Positions 39,370-52,161 of a DNA stretch of 64,000 bases are shown piece by piece. Within the stretch, counting starts at the first letter, position 1, and each line of letters opens with the position of its first letter. Below the pieces are notes generated by a model. The model was not told where the DNA came from. It ran no database searches and saw only the letters and a program-made list of their open reading frames with translations. The translations under genes and the position numbers were made by a program. Source of the DNA: Dendrobates tinctorius (taxonomy: Eukaryota); the NCBI RefSeq assembly GCF_039654945.1, contig NW_027361827.1, forward strand, positions 1,550,001 through 1,614,000, in the 5' to 3' direction.

Positions 39370-39970
39370 AGCGAACCTGTCAGCTGTTTTGGATGCTATT
39401 AGATGCAGCCACTGCCTTTCAGGGCTTATCTACAGTATTCTATAATGCTGTAGATAAGCCCCCGGTCCGACCTGCAAGATAAGAAAAATAAGTTTTATTA
39501 TACTCCGGAGCGTCCCGGTCTGATGGGCATCGCAGGTCCTGGTTCGGCGGCTCCCATCTTAATGCTTGCTTCATGGCTCCCCGGTATCATGCTTATACGC
39601 AGGTGTACACCTCTGCCCTGTTGAGGGCAGAGCAGTGTGCAGGCGCCGGGAAAGGTCAGAAAGGCCCAGCACCTGTGCACTGCAGTACTTTGGTCTGCCC
39701 TCAACAGGGCAGAGACGTACGCCTGCGCACAAGTGCGATGCCTGGGAGCCATGAAGCAAACAGGAGGGCGGCGTCGCAAGAAGATGGGAGATGCTGGACC
39801 CGGACCTGCGACACCCATCAGACCAGACCTTCACCCCCCTGGGTGAGTATAACAAAACTTATTTTCCTTATCTTGCAGGTCGGACCGGGGGCTTATCTAC
39901 AACATTATAGAATGCTGTACATAAACCCTGGCCGTTTCTCATAGCGGCCAAATCTGATGACAGGTTCGCT
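39370..39970. mobile_element. Kolobok/T2-MITE-like fold-back element
   Basis: TTAA TSD; AGCGAACCTGTCA TIR; palindromic along almost its whole length. Confidence 0.88.
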
Positions 39971-41327
39971 TTAATCATTTGTCTATTCCAAGAAAAATAG
40001 CTCTTTTAAGCAGAAAAAAAAAATCGACATTTGGGGACTTTTTTTTTCTTAAATGCATGTATTTGCAGCTAAAAGTCATTATTAGACTTGGGTTTCTTTA
40101 AAAAAAAATTCTTGTTACAGGCCTTTTCTTTCTCAGCTGAGAGGAGTTCAGAACAACAGAAAAGCTAGTTCCCAACTTCCCAGACTGTTCTCAGTTAACT
40201 CATTCTGCAGCCAGCAATAGACAGTGCAATACACAGAGGCTATTGAAACAACGGGGCAAACTTTTTAATGAAACCCAATTGCAAAAAATCGTTTTTAGCC
40301 CTAAATATTTGTCTAGAAGTTTAAAAAATGTCCTGAAAGTTAGATATCCCTTTTAATTCATCATAACATTCTTACACAACATAATTTGTCTGTTAAATAT
40401 TTAAAGTGATTGTTGTGACATCAGATACGGTTAAAACAATATTTTTATGGGAAAACCGCGTAAGCTGTAATCCAATATGTTGTGTGTAATGAATATAGCA
40501 CATCATGAACAACGTGACTGACTAGTTGCATTATTTTTATTTTATATATTTTTTATTTTTTCTGTAATAACATTTTTTTTTTCTGTATAAATTGTGATTC
40601 AGAGTTTATTTTTAGGATTAAAATCGAATTAATATATTGTGAAATATGTAGCATAGCTTTAGTGAATACTCTAAGCTGCTGAATTTACCATTTGTAATAA
40701 AAATCTACTAAACAGCATGACAAATTCAAACCTTATATTTATGTAGTAATTTTCACTAGCCTCATCATTCCATTGTGCCTTCACATACCGAAAATTCAGA
40801 TCTGCTGTTGTTGCAGCCGCCTGATATTACTTTGACGACCAGTAACTGTTCAGTGTTTTTAAATCTGTGTATCATTACATTTCATGCAGGCATCCATAGA
40901 TACTTACAAGGAACATAGCTAGGAAAAAAGAATTAAATATGTCTTATATTTGGACTAGCCTGACTAGTTTTCTCATACTAGTAGATGACAACCCCCACCC
41001 CTTACCTACAAAAAGCTGAGGTCTAAGTAGTTCATAGGAATCCCCACTTTTGTGTAACGTTTTCTTAGAGCATCTGTCACTGTAAATTATTTTTGGATAA
41101 ATTACTTTGGAATAAATGTAAAATATATGCATATGTGATGGTTACAGTCTTAACTTGTGATCCTTCTGAAATAAATATTCCTAATGTAGGTCTAATCCAG
41201 TAAGTCTCGTCTACAGACCTCATTTTTCCTGCCAAGCGACTATAAGGAATATGGCTGTCCATGCCTTCACTAAATTAATCTACAAACTCCACCCTATAGA
41301 TTAATTCTCTCACATAAAAACCAATTA

Positions 41328-42173
41328 CCGTATATACTCAAGTATAAGCCGAGACCCCTAATTTTACCACAAAACTTGGAAAACTTATTGACTGGAGTAG
41401 AAGCCGAGGGTGGTGCTGCACAAGGGTTAATGGTGGTCCAAAAAGATGCTCCATAGATAAATACAGACCATATATTGCTGCTGCTGCTATTAAAAAAAAA
41501 TGACATACTCACCTCTCGTCGCTGGGGGCCAGATGCCGGTGTCCTGAGCAGGCAGGGACACCGGCGCGCTATGTGGGCCAGGTGCTGGTGTTGCCGCTTG
41601 CTCAGGCCCCCGGCACTGGCGATATTCACCTGTCCCCGTTCCATCGCCGCACCCCGCTCTGTCTGCCGGGTCTCTGCAGTAACGTTCAGCAGAGAGCGCA
41701 CACTGACTACGTCATCATGCACTCTGACTTGAACGTCACAGTCAGAGGACAGAGCGGTGCGCAGCGGTGGAGCGGGGACAGGTGAATATTGCACTGCTCC
41801 CCGTCCTCCCCCTGTCATACTCACCTACTCCTGGCACACGGTCTCTGCAGCCCCTGCTTCCACGGTCTTGGCGCCACAGCTCTTCCAGGTTTCAGCAGTC
41901 ATGTGATACCGCTCATTAAAGTCATGAATATGCGCATATTCATGACTTTAATGAGCGGTACCACTTGACTGCTGAACGCAGGAAGAGCCGGGGCGCCAAG
42001 ACCATGGGAGAAGCAGGGGCTGCAGAGACCGTGCACCAGGAGGGGGTAAGTATGATCTGACACCAGCGCTCCCCTGCCGACCCCCGGTATATGACTCGAG
42101 TATAAGCCGAGACAAGCACTTTCAGCCTTTAAAAATGGGCTGAAAATCTTGGCTTATACTCAAGTATATACGG
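41328..42173. mobile_element. Tc2/pogo-group MITE, inverted copy of the 26753 family
   Basis: TA-CCGTATATACTCAAGTATAAGCC ... GGCTTATACTCAAGTATATACGG-TA. Confidence 0.88.
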
Positions 42174-42552
42174 TACTCATTTGCACCAGATTAACATCCC
42201 TTGTTTCAGAAAATATAATTTAAGACAGTGGGCAAACTTTAAGCTTGTGGGTCGCAAACAATGTCTGATATCACTCGCCCTTCCTTTTGTCCAGCTCTCC
42301 TCCGTTGTGCCGGTCTTTAATTACATTCTCCATCAATGATGTCACTAATACAGTGCTCAACACTACTGCAGGCAATTACTGATTTCAGCAGCTTGTCTTG
42401 TGTATATCAGCAGAGCTGCTGAGCTCAATGATTGGCTGCAGTGGTCATGTACGCTGTAATCATGACATCACTACTGCTTCCAAAATGGAGAGCTGGCACT
42501 GCATTGAGGGTGGTAAGTGCTTTCTGAGTTTGTTGTTTTGCAAGTGTTTTAA

Positions 42553-43144
42553 AGGAATTTATCAATGAGATCAATGCTCCTAAGCCAAATTGGTATTTAG
42601 GTCATAAAATATGAGAATCACCGATTTCTAGGTTTCATTTTTATCCAGCTTTCTGATATCTGCAGAAAAATCAATATTTATATGTAAATGAGCTGTTCCA
42701 GACTATGGGCCTGACACGTTTCCGCATGATACTCTGCCTCCAGAGCTTATAATGAAGGGGAAGTTACCAGTGTGATGTGAAATGGCTGATCTCACTGCAG
42801 AGCAGTGTGTGATTATACCTGACACATCTGCATTTTCCTCTCATCTTCAGCTTCCAGCTCATAGGTAGACAGTGTTGCAATACAGCAGAGCTGTGAGAGC
42901 TGCAGCAAATGTGTTTTGTCTTCTTACAAATTCAAATTTACTGCACTGTGTTAGTTCATGTCTCACACTGGTAACACAGCCCTTTCTTAAAAATAAGCAC
43001 TAGAGGTAGATTCTCATGCAGATCAGTGTTTGATCCATATTCTTTAATGGCTAATTTACAAGGTATCATTTTATTCAACTTCCTACGACCTAAATGCCCA
43101 TATATAGATGGCTTACAAGGGTTGATCCTACAAAGAGATTCCCT
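42553..43144. mobile_element. Decayed T2-MITE-like fold-back element
   Basis: TTAA-AGGAAT ... ATTCCCT-TTAA; internal inversion TTACCAGTGTGA / TCACACTGGTAA. Confidence 0.55.
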
Positions 43145-43180
43145 TTAATCGTTTGTTTTTAAATGTGAAAAACCCTTTAA

Positions 43181-43444
43181 ATTTATTTATTTTACTCATT
43201 GATATAGCACCATTAATTTCACAGCGCTTTTCACTCATTATTGACACTGTCCCCAATGGGGCTCACAATCTAAATTCCCTGTCAGTACGTCTTTGAAATG
43301 TGGGAGGTGGGAGGAAATTGGAGAACCCGGAGGAAACCCACGCAAACATGGGGAGAACAAACTCCTTGCAGATGTTGTCCTTGGTGGGATTTGAACCCAG
43401 GGGTGCAAGGCTGCAGTGCTAACCATTGAGCCAACTTGCCGCCA
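43181..43444 (-). mobile_element. tRNA-derived V-SINE
   Basis: A box TGGCTCAATGG, B box GGTTCAAATCC, V-domain GCGTGGGTTTCCTCCGGGT, A-rich tail. Confidence 0.85.
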
Positions 43445-44768
43445 ATGTATCCTAATATGGGCCAAAGGGATTTTTTGGGCCCCTTAGACTCCATTACTGG
43501 GATGCAATGACAACCCCATCACGCAATATAATAATGCCTCTGATCTATTGATCAAGAAACATCCTTCTTTATCCTTCTTCCTGCAGTCATTTATTTCCAG
43601 GCAGACTAAACATGTATAGTGGGCCTCCAACCACACCGTTTCACCTCTATACCGGGCTGTGGGTAGAGGATTTACCCACATAGGAGAGAACTTCAGGTGG
43701 GTTACCCAGATCTTGACAACTCTTGCTTTGTTGTATGTATTCTTATGCACAGGTGCTAAAAAAAAGTCACAAGCTACCAAAGTGGAAGTGGCACTGTAAC
43801 TGCGACAACTGCTGTGTTACTAGGAAACCACATGTTAATATACTGTCATGAAAATATCCTTAAGGGGGTTGTTCACTACCTTAGCAGTCCTTTTTTAAAG
43901 ATGTAGTAGTCCCCCTTCTAAATTAAAATAAGATACCAGGTTTCCCATTAAATTGTATTGTCTATGTAGTGGACAACACTTTAAAGCCAGGTGAAGTCTG
44001 AATTAAGAAATGAAAGGGTCCCTATATTGGACACTAATTCTGAACTTTTCCTCCGTTTGCCATACAGTTGGATGCCAGAGGTTGACCCTTTATATTAGTA
44101 GGATAACCGACCGAAAACCCTGAAATAGGTTTGTTCCCATGAAGTCTTGTATGTGACACATCGGGGGTGCAATAGTGGCTCCTTTATTAAGTACCTAACA
44201 TAAACCTCAGTGACCCTTTAGGCCATGTTGCACTTTATTTTGCCTGTCAACTGCAATACATTGTACCAGACACAAACCACTGTAAGGATTTTAGTAGTTT
44301 ATATATTGGGGATTTAGTCTATTTTTTCATGGCAAACTTGATTTGCATTAGCTTGTGTATGAGGCGCAGTGTTCTCCAAGCACCTTAAACCTATCCCGCA
44401 TATATATTTATCTGTTCAGGGTGTTGCATTGGTGGTTGGTCATTATTAATACACTTTAAAGCAATATTGTCGTGTTTTCTAACCAACACTGACTGCTGTA
44501 TAAGCTGGCATACTTCACATACTATAACCCTGCCACTGTGCCATTGTTGTGTTTTATGCTGCCTTCATCTTTTTTTGTGTATATGCACTTACGGGGATCT
44601 GGTAAGCAAACGTGGTTATTAAGTCATGGGCAGGATGCTATGTGTCTCGCAGAGATCTTTACAAAGGGCCCCCTGTTGTCGATGACGATTGGTTCTAATC
44701 AAGGCAGAGCGGTTGTGCCAACAGCGAGGAGAGCATGGCTAATCAGCACTGCAGCCATGTCCGATGAC

Positions 44769-45033
44769 TAGTGAGAGCCGCATTTAGTGTATTTATAATG
44801 TGTTATCCGAGCATGCTCGGGTGCTAACCAAGTGACTTCGGAGTGCTGAAAAAAATATGTTCAAGTCTCCGACGCTGCATATTCCGCAGCTGTTCGACAG
44901 TAACAACAAATGTGGGGATTGCCCACCAAACAAGCACGGGGACTCAAACATAAGATTCGAGCACGCCGAAGTCACTGTTAGACCCCGAGCATGCTCGGAT
45001 AACATCTTGTCGGAGCACGTTCACTCATCACTA
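44769..45033. mobile_element. hAT-type MITE (TAGTGATGAG family), decayed
   Basis: CCGAGCATGCTCGG palindromes at both ends; CTCATCACTA end; TSD not preserved. Confidence 0.65.
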
Positions 45034-47758
45034 GTCAGAATCATCTACCATCTCAACCTGCCAATTTCATTACCTGGGACTTTTGAGCCCTATAGCAACC
45101 TGCATGGGATTTTAATAACCGCATTATTTTGTCAGGTTGCCTTTTTAGTGTATCTCACACGTTTACTTGTGGTTTAAGCTTGAAGATCAACTTCTCTTGG
45201 CGTTACCCGTGTCTACCTTGCTATCCTCTTTGTGTTGAACTATACAAGTTTTTCAATTTTGTTTCTGAAGTGTAAAGTTTTGTATTTAAAAGCGTTCCGC
45301 TTTAGTAGGACTCAAGCAGAAAGACTGTATTTTTTTGCAAGACTGCTTCTATCTATGTACATGTTTTTTGTATTAATTTGCACTGATTTCAGTCCTATAT
45401 TGAGTGTATATCAGATCTATATTAAATATTCCGTGACAAATGCAATTTGTTGTCAGTGTTTAAATCAAGTTTTGGTAACACTATATAAGTCTACAGTACT
45501 TTGACTTATTTCAATAATTAATTTAATGAATTTGAAACAGGTATTTTTGCTGCTAAAATATAAAAGTTTTACCTTCTGTCTTGTTTGGTGTGTATTTCTT
45601 GTGCATGTAATTCTTCCAGATCTGTTTACTATACAATCATTTTCTAAATGGCAAAAGATTATGAAAGACTGACTTGTACTAAAAAATAAAAAAATAGCCT
45701 GTGACCTTTCAGACATCGGTGCTTTTTCAGGTGTAAAAAAAATACCAATTTCAGTCTTTTGTATTTGATTTTCATTAGTGTTTGACCAGTGTCAGTTTTT
45801 ACCATCAGTTTTCCCGTAAGCAACCAAAAACTGATGGGGGTTTCTCAAGCTTCAAACATACATTACAAACTGACCGCACTAGATTATCATTCATGTGCTA
45901 AGTTTTTCACTGACTCCTAGGCATCGATTCATGAAGACGAGGGATTTTCGCGTCAGCCTCGATGAGAGGACATGTAAGATTCACATGTTTCTGATTTATC
46001 AAGATCACACTTCTTAATGAATCAGGAGCCTCTCACAGGAGTCCTCAAATGGAGTAAGATTTTTGGCGTAAGGAACACCATAGCTTGTTATGAATTTGAC
46101 GAGCTGTGGGGTCATGCCCCCATTTTCAGAGAGCTGGTAGAAACTAGGGTTAAAAAAAGTTACAAAATGTTTTCCCAACTTGAAGATTTTTCAAAGCAAG
46201 ATTGCTTTGATGAATTGCGACCATAGACTTGAATTGGTGAGTTTGATCTGGGCTAGTATCAAAAACTGACCTCTTCATTTTTTGGTGACTACTCAGTCCA
46301 CAAAAAACTCTGACATGTGAATAGCCCCTGGGTAAAAAGATCGAACGCATATGTGAAAAACTGGTGTCTGAATGAGGCCCCTCTCTATATATCCTATCCT
46401 ACATATAAAAACACTTGGCATGTTTTCAATATTTTGGGGGGTTTTACATTAAAGAGAACCTGTCATGTTAAAAACCGCTATTAAGCTGCTGATGTGCGAT
46501 TTAATCTGCAGGCTAATAGTGTTGTAAAGCCGTGCAGCTGCCTCAGTGAAAGCGCCGCTGCCGGGAGGAAATTAATTTAAAGTGAACCTGTCATCAGGAT
46601 TTTGCTAAGTAAACTACAGGCATTGCAGGTTGGCGCTTTTACACTGATTAAAATGATACTTGTGTTGAAGAAATCCGGCTTTGCGGCTCTTGTTTTATCT
46701 GTGTTTGCAGCTTTGAGTTAGAGATACTTATGCTCCGGGACGTGCCTGTGGATAGGTCCTTTTTTTTTTTTCTCGGTGCTCTGGCCTCATCGTCATCATT
46801 GTGGACTTAAATGACAACTCACTGAACCTTCATTGACTAGCCTCCTATTTTAAATAATGTGCCTGTGCTTTTGCTCCAACAAAATGGTGGCGGCGCATGC
46901 GCAGTAGCATCTATGGGAAAGCTATGCTCTCAATCTGTATATGTGCTGCCCACTGTGTTCCAAGGACTGCTGTGGGATCGTTGCTATGTTCAGCGGTGAC
47001 TATTTCATCGTCTTGTGTGCGCTCCCACACTGGTGCTTGGAACATAGTGGTCAGCGCATGTGCGCAATTTGAGAGCATCGTTTGCTAATAGATGCTACTG
47101 CGCATATGCTGCTGTGTGTATACAAGCTGTGTAATACTCTCCACTTTTTTGGTTGAAAACAATGAGGAGAGCATCAAATAGGGGAAATAAATTGGGTATA
47201 GTAGTACAAAGCAGTATGTGCTGTAAAAAAAAAAAATCCTAAGAATTTATGAAATGTCTGTTCTATTCCTGATGTAAGGATATGGGCTTTTAGTTGAGAT
47301 GAATCTGTGCTGCACTTTATGTACATGCTCAGTAGTGACCAGTGCTGTGGGGTCTGAGTCATGTAGTCTGGAGTCAGCCTGCTACGTGCCCAAATGACAC
47401 ACCTTCCTCAGGTGCACGGAGGCGTCAGGACGTTCTGCGTAATTTCGTAGGCATAAGTACCGCTGGAAAAAAAGTGAAGCCAGAACAAGTTGAGGTGGTT
47501 TTTGATTGGTTGGCTGAGAGTGCCTTCAGTTCTTTTGCTTGGTCTTCCACCCAGGGCTGTGGAGTCAGAGTCGTGGAGTCGGAGTCAGTGCTCATTTTGG
47601 TGGAGTTGGAGTCGGTATAAAATGGACTGACTCCGACTCCTAAAATACATAAAAAATTGGGTACAGTAGTTCAATGCAGAATATGCTGAATATTTTTTCA
47701 TAGGAATTTGGGAAAGTTATGAAATGTCCTATAAATGACTGTTCTATTCCTGATCTAA

Positions 47759-48284
47759 GGCTACATTCACACACAGCGTTTTTCCTGCGGTTTTTGAGGA
47801 TACGTTTTTCAGTTGCAAAAGCAGATCAGCTTTTTAAAAAACCGCATCACCTGAAAGGTTTTTGAGCTCATAGCTAATGTTTTCAATAGCAAAAGCAGAT
47901 TAGAAATCTGCTCTATCTATATATCCATTTATCCATATCTGTCTATATCATATCTGTACCAAAAAGAATGAAAGCCGGATAGCACACAGACTAACACTCC
48001 TTTTTTTAGCACCAGTCAGGTACACCTCATAGCTGCCCAAAAGGACGCCCAGGACAGGCATTGCTCGTCTTCAGTAACATCAACATCAACTGATAGTTGG
48101 AATAAATAGACTGCATTCATCACCACATCTTCTTAATGTGCAGGCTTTATTTTCAAGTGTAGGGGTGTGCAGTATGAGGTTCTGCAGCAGCTGAGGTGTG
48201 CAGTATGAAATTCTGCGGAACAGCATGAGGTTCTGCCCCCCCCCCAGGTTTGATCCTGGCTACGACCATAGTGTGAATGTAGCC
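47759..48284. mobile_element. PIF/Harbinger-like MITE (nested)
   Basis: GGCTACATTCACAC / GTGTGAATGTAGCC; TAA/TGA flanks. Confidence 0.8.
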
Positions 48285-48341
48285 TGAGGATCTAGGCTTT
48301 ATCTTAGCCGAGATAAGTCATAGTGTGTGTGTATATATACA

Positions 48342-49953
48342 CAGTACAGACCAAAAGTTTGGACGCACCTCAATCAAAGCGTTTTCTTTATTTTCTTGAC
48401 TATGTAAATTGTAGATTCATTCTGAAGGCATCAAAACTATGAATTAACACATGTGGAATTATATAATTAACAAAAAAGTGTGAAACAACTGAAAATACTG
48501 TATGTCTTATATTCTAGGTTCTTCAAAGTAGCCACCTTTTGCTTTGATTTCTGCTTTGCACACTCTTGGCATTCTCTTGATGAGCTTCAAGAGGTAGTCA
48601 CCGGAAATGGTTTTCACTTCACAGGTGTGTCCTGTGGGAAGTGGGTTTCTTGGCTTATAAATGAGGTTGGGACCATCAGTTGTGTTGTGCAGAAGTCTGG
48701 TGGATACACAGGTGATAGTCCTACTGAATAGACTGTTAGAATTTGTATTATGGCAAGAAAAAAGCAGCTGAGTAAAGAAAAACGAGTGGCCATCATTACT
48801 TTAAGAAATGAAGGTTAGTCAGTCCGAAAAATTGGGAAAACTTTGAAAGTGTCCCCAAGTGCATTGGCAAAAACCATCAAGCGCTACAAAGAAACTGGCT
48901 CACATGAGGACCGCCCCAGGAAAGGAAGACCAAGAGTCACCTCTGCTGCGGAGGATAAGTTCATCCTAGTCACCAGCCTCAGAAATTGCAGGTTAACAGC
49001 AGCTCCGAATAGAGACCAGGTCAATGCCACACAGAGTTCTAGCAGCAGACGCATCTCTACAACAACTGTTAAGAGGAGACTTCGTGCAGCAGGCCTTCAT
49101 GGTAAAATAGCTGCTAGGAAACCACTGCTAAGGACAGGCAACAAGCAGAAGAGACTTGTTTGGGCTAGAGAACACAAGGAATGGACATTAGACCAGTGGA
49201 AATCTGTACTTTGGTCTGATGAGTCCAAATTTGAGATCTTTGGTTCCAACCACCATGTCTTTGTGCGACGCAGAAAAGGTAAACGGATGGACTCTACATG
49301 CCTGATTCCCACGGTGAAGCATGGAGGAGGAGGTGTGATGGTGCTTTGCTGGTGACACTGTTGGGGATTTATTCAAAATTGAAGGCATACTGAACCAGCA
49401 TGGCTACCACAGCATCTTGCAGCGGCATGCTATTATACCATCCGGTTTGTGTTTAGTTGGACCATCATTTATTTTTCAACCGGACAATGGCCTCAAACAC
49501 ACCTCCAGGCTGTGTAAGGGCTATTTGACCAAGAAGGAGAGTGATGGGGTGCTACACCAGATGACCTGGCCTCCACAGTCAACAGACCTGAACCCAATCG
49601 AGATGGTTTGGGGTGAGCTGTACCGCAGAGTGAAGGCAAAAGGGCCAACAAGTGCTAAGAATCTCTAGGAACTCCTTCAAGACTGTTGGAAGACCATTTC
49701 TGGTGACTACCACTTGAAGCTCATCAAGAGAATGCCAAGAGTGTGCAAAGCAGTAATCAAAGCAAAAGGTGGCTACTTTGAAGAATCTAGAATATAAGAC
49801 ATATTTTCAGTTGTTTCACACTTTAATTATATAATTCCACATGTGTTAGTTCATTGTTTTGATGCCTTCAGAATGAATCTACAATTTTCATAGTCATGAA
49901 AATAAAGAAAACTCTTTGAATGAGAAGGTGTGTCCAAACTTTGGTCTGTACCG
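48342..49953 (+). mobile_element. Tc1-like DD38E (Intruder-type) transposon
   Basis: CAGTACAGACCAAAAGTTTGGAC TIRs of about 270 bp; 38 residues between D2 (QPDNG) and E (LNPIE). Confidence 0.9.
48750..49797 (+). pseudogene. DD38E transposase, disrupted
   Basis: MARKKQLSKEKR..., TAG at 48816, frameshifting deletion near 49343, further lesions; WSDESK motif. Confidence 0.88.
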
Positions 49954-50554
49954 TATACATGTACATGTATACAGTGTATTACATATTTACAATTTTTATT
50001 AGTTTTTTTCTAAAGTTCTAAAGTTGTATTCCAATAAATAGATATTATGTTCTATCTAAATATCTTGATTATTGGATCATAGAAATGATTAAATGTCTGA
50101 TGTTCACATTGTACTACAATACATTTTTCACTTAAATATAAGCAATATATGTGGGAGTCAGAGTGTTGGAGTCAGAGTTGGTGTAAGGGAAATTGAGGAG
50201 TCGGAGTCGCAGGTTTGGCTTACCGACTCCACAGCCCTGCTTCCACCCGGTCCCCTTCTGAAAGCGCAGATTTTGCTCCTGCGGCCCATGGGCATCTGTC
50301 TTCCACCTCACCCCCTTGCAGTCACTTCTGCTTTTTGGTGACTGCTGGCTGTGGTTCCGTAGTCCATTCACTTAGACCTGGCCAACAATTGGAAGAAATT
50401 GAGTGCACTGATGCCCAATCACTTGTAGTGAAGTCAGTGCACCACCGCAACACATCTCTGATGATGATGAAACGTGTGAAGTGCTGCAGCTTTCTGCTGT
50501 AGTCTGGCAATGAGGGCAGGGTTGAGGATTGAGTGAAACAGAATGCAGAGGATT

Positions 50555-51145
50555 ATTGTTAGTACATTTTTTTAGAGCTCCAGTGATTCCATGGTGCTAT
50601 ATATGAAGAGAGGTTACATACAAAACACACAAATTACAATGAACAAACTAATAGAGACAGGTACAGAGGGGTTCTGATCCTATTCTTGCAGCTTTGCATT
50701 CTACAGAATGGGGAAGCGGATAGTAGGTTCGGGTGCTGCAGCAGCTCTTGTGTTGGTGAGATGGCAGCGAGGCCATTGTAGGTAGTAAGCTGTTCTGAAG
50801 ACATGGGTTTTCAAGACCTGTTTGAAATTTCAGAATGTATGGGATAATCGGACATTTTGGGCCACAAAATTCTACAGGATACTTAGAAGTTTGCAGGCGA
50901 TTTGATAAGGAACGTATGATTGTTGAGGAGAGAAGGATGTCTTGGGAGGACCAGAAATTACAAAGTGGGAGATATCATAAAAGTAGTTCAGAGATATATT
51001 GGGGAGACAGATTATGGACAGCTTCGTAGGTCAGTGTTAGTAGCTTGAAGTGGATACACTATGGAACTGGGAGACAATGAGAGGATTAGCAGAGGGGAGA
51101 AGTGCATTAGTAGGGCAGCAGAGTTAAAGACAGACTGGAGAGGTG
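50555..51145 (-). mobile_element. L2 LINE 3' fragment
   Basis: Minus strand PLQSVFNSAAL resembles L2 ORF2 LQS..NAAARL; L2-like 3' end near 50560-50600. Confidence 0.6.
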
Positions 51146-52161
51146 GGATGATGAGGTTCTAGACCACACATGGAGTCAAGGCCATACGGGTGATATGGGC
51201 AGTTCAGAGGAAAAGGTGGTGGTCATGTTGCCCCAGCTGCACAGCAAAAGAGGGATCAGGGTGCAAAAGCGCTGAGGTCAAAGCCTAGCAGTTAACTTGG
51301 CTTCTACTGGACACCACGGCCGGCCCTTAAAGGGGTTGTCCGGGCTTTTCACATAATCTCAGTACATATCTGGGCTGCAGAATTATGACAATAAGTAATT
51401 TACTTTCTGTCACTAGTTTGCACGGTTTTCTAGATATTCTGAATAGAACGTCCAGGGGGGGGGTGTTATGGCATTGAAATGAGAACTAGTCGTAACCTCC
51501 TACTCTACTCCAAACATGCCCTCTATAGCAACAACCCCACCCTCCATAGCTACAGACCCTCCCCGTCCACATGAAGCAGCCCTCATCACACAGTAACGAA
51601 TTCTCCCCCTCCAGCAGCCTCAGAGCAGACCACCCAGCTGCTCCTCCCCCAGACACACGCTGAACAGTTATCTATGCAAAGTGAAACTAGTGAGGAGTGA
51701 AAATCGTCCTGTATTCTGGGCCACTCCATGATTGCAATACATAACTCATTATCAGTAATTCCTTCCATCACTGTCCAAGGCTGCTGGCAGCAGTGAGAAC
51801 AGACTGTGACAAAGCCTCTGCTGTGTGAATGAGATAGCTCTGTGTCACTGATGTCTTCACACAGCAGCAGATTTGGTGCAGTGTATGTGTGGGCACTGTG
51901 TCTCTAATGACACAAATACTGATGGGAGCAGCCTGTCCAATCAGCAGCTGTAACAGCGTGAAGTGTTGGGGGGGTGTATGTATGTATGTATTGTGCTGCT
52001 TTCACAAATACAGGATCACTGCTGTGTTCTTTCCAATGCTGGAATGATGATAGAGATGAGTGATGGTGCAGTTTACTGCCAGCCAATGAGTGGGTGGTGC
52101 TGGTCACTGGAGCTTGCTGGGAGTTTGGTGGAGCTTCGCACATACACTGCACCAAATCTGC

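Larger units (their letters stand above)
47552..50239. mobile_element. hAT-type non-autonomous element hosting two nested insertions
   Basis: TIR CAGGGCTGTGGAGTC; perfect 8-bp TSD CTTCCACC; GGAGTC subterminal repeats. Confidence 0.9.

Noticed and set aside
41294-41824. 176-aa ORF and similar ORFs on both strands of GC-rich MITEs
   Set aside because: Stop-poor palindromic repeats; no splice or domain support
43370-43444. tRNA-like A and B boxes
   Set aside because: Head of a SINE continuing into a V-domain and tail; no complete cloverleaf
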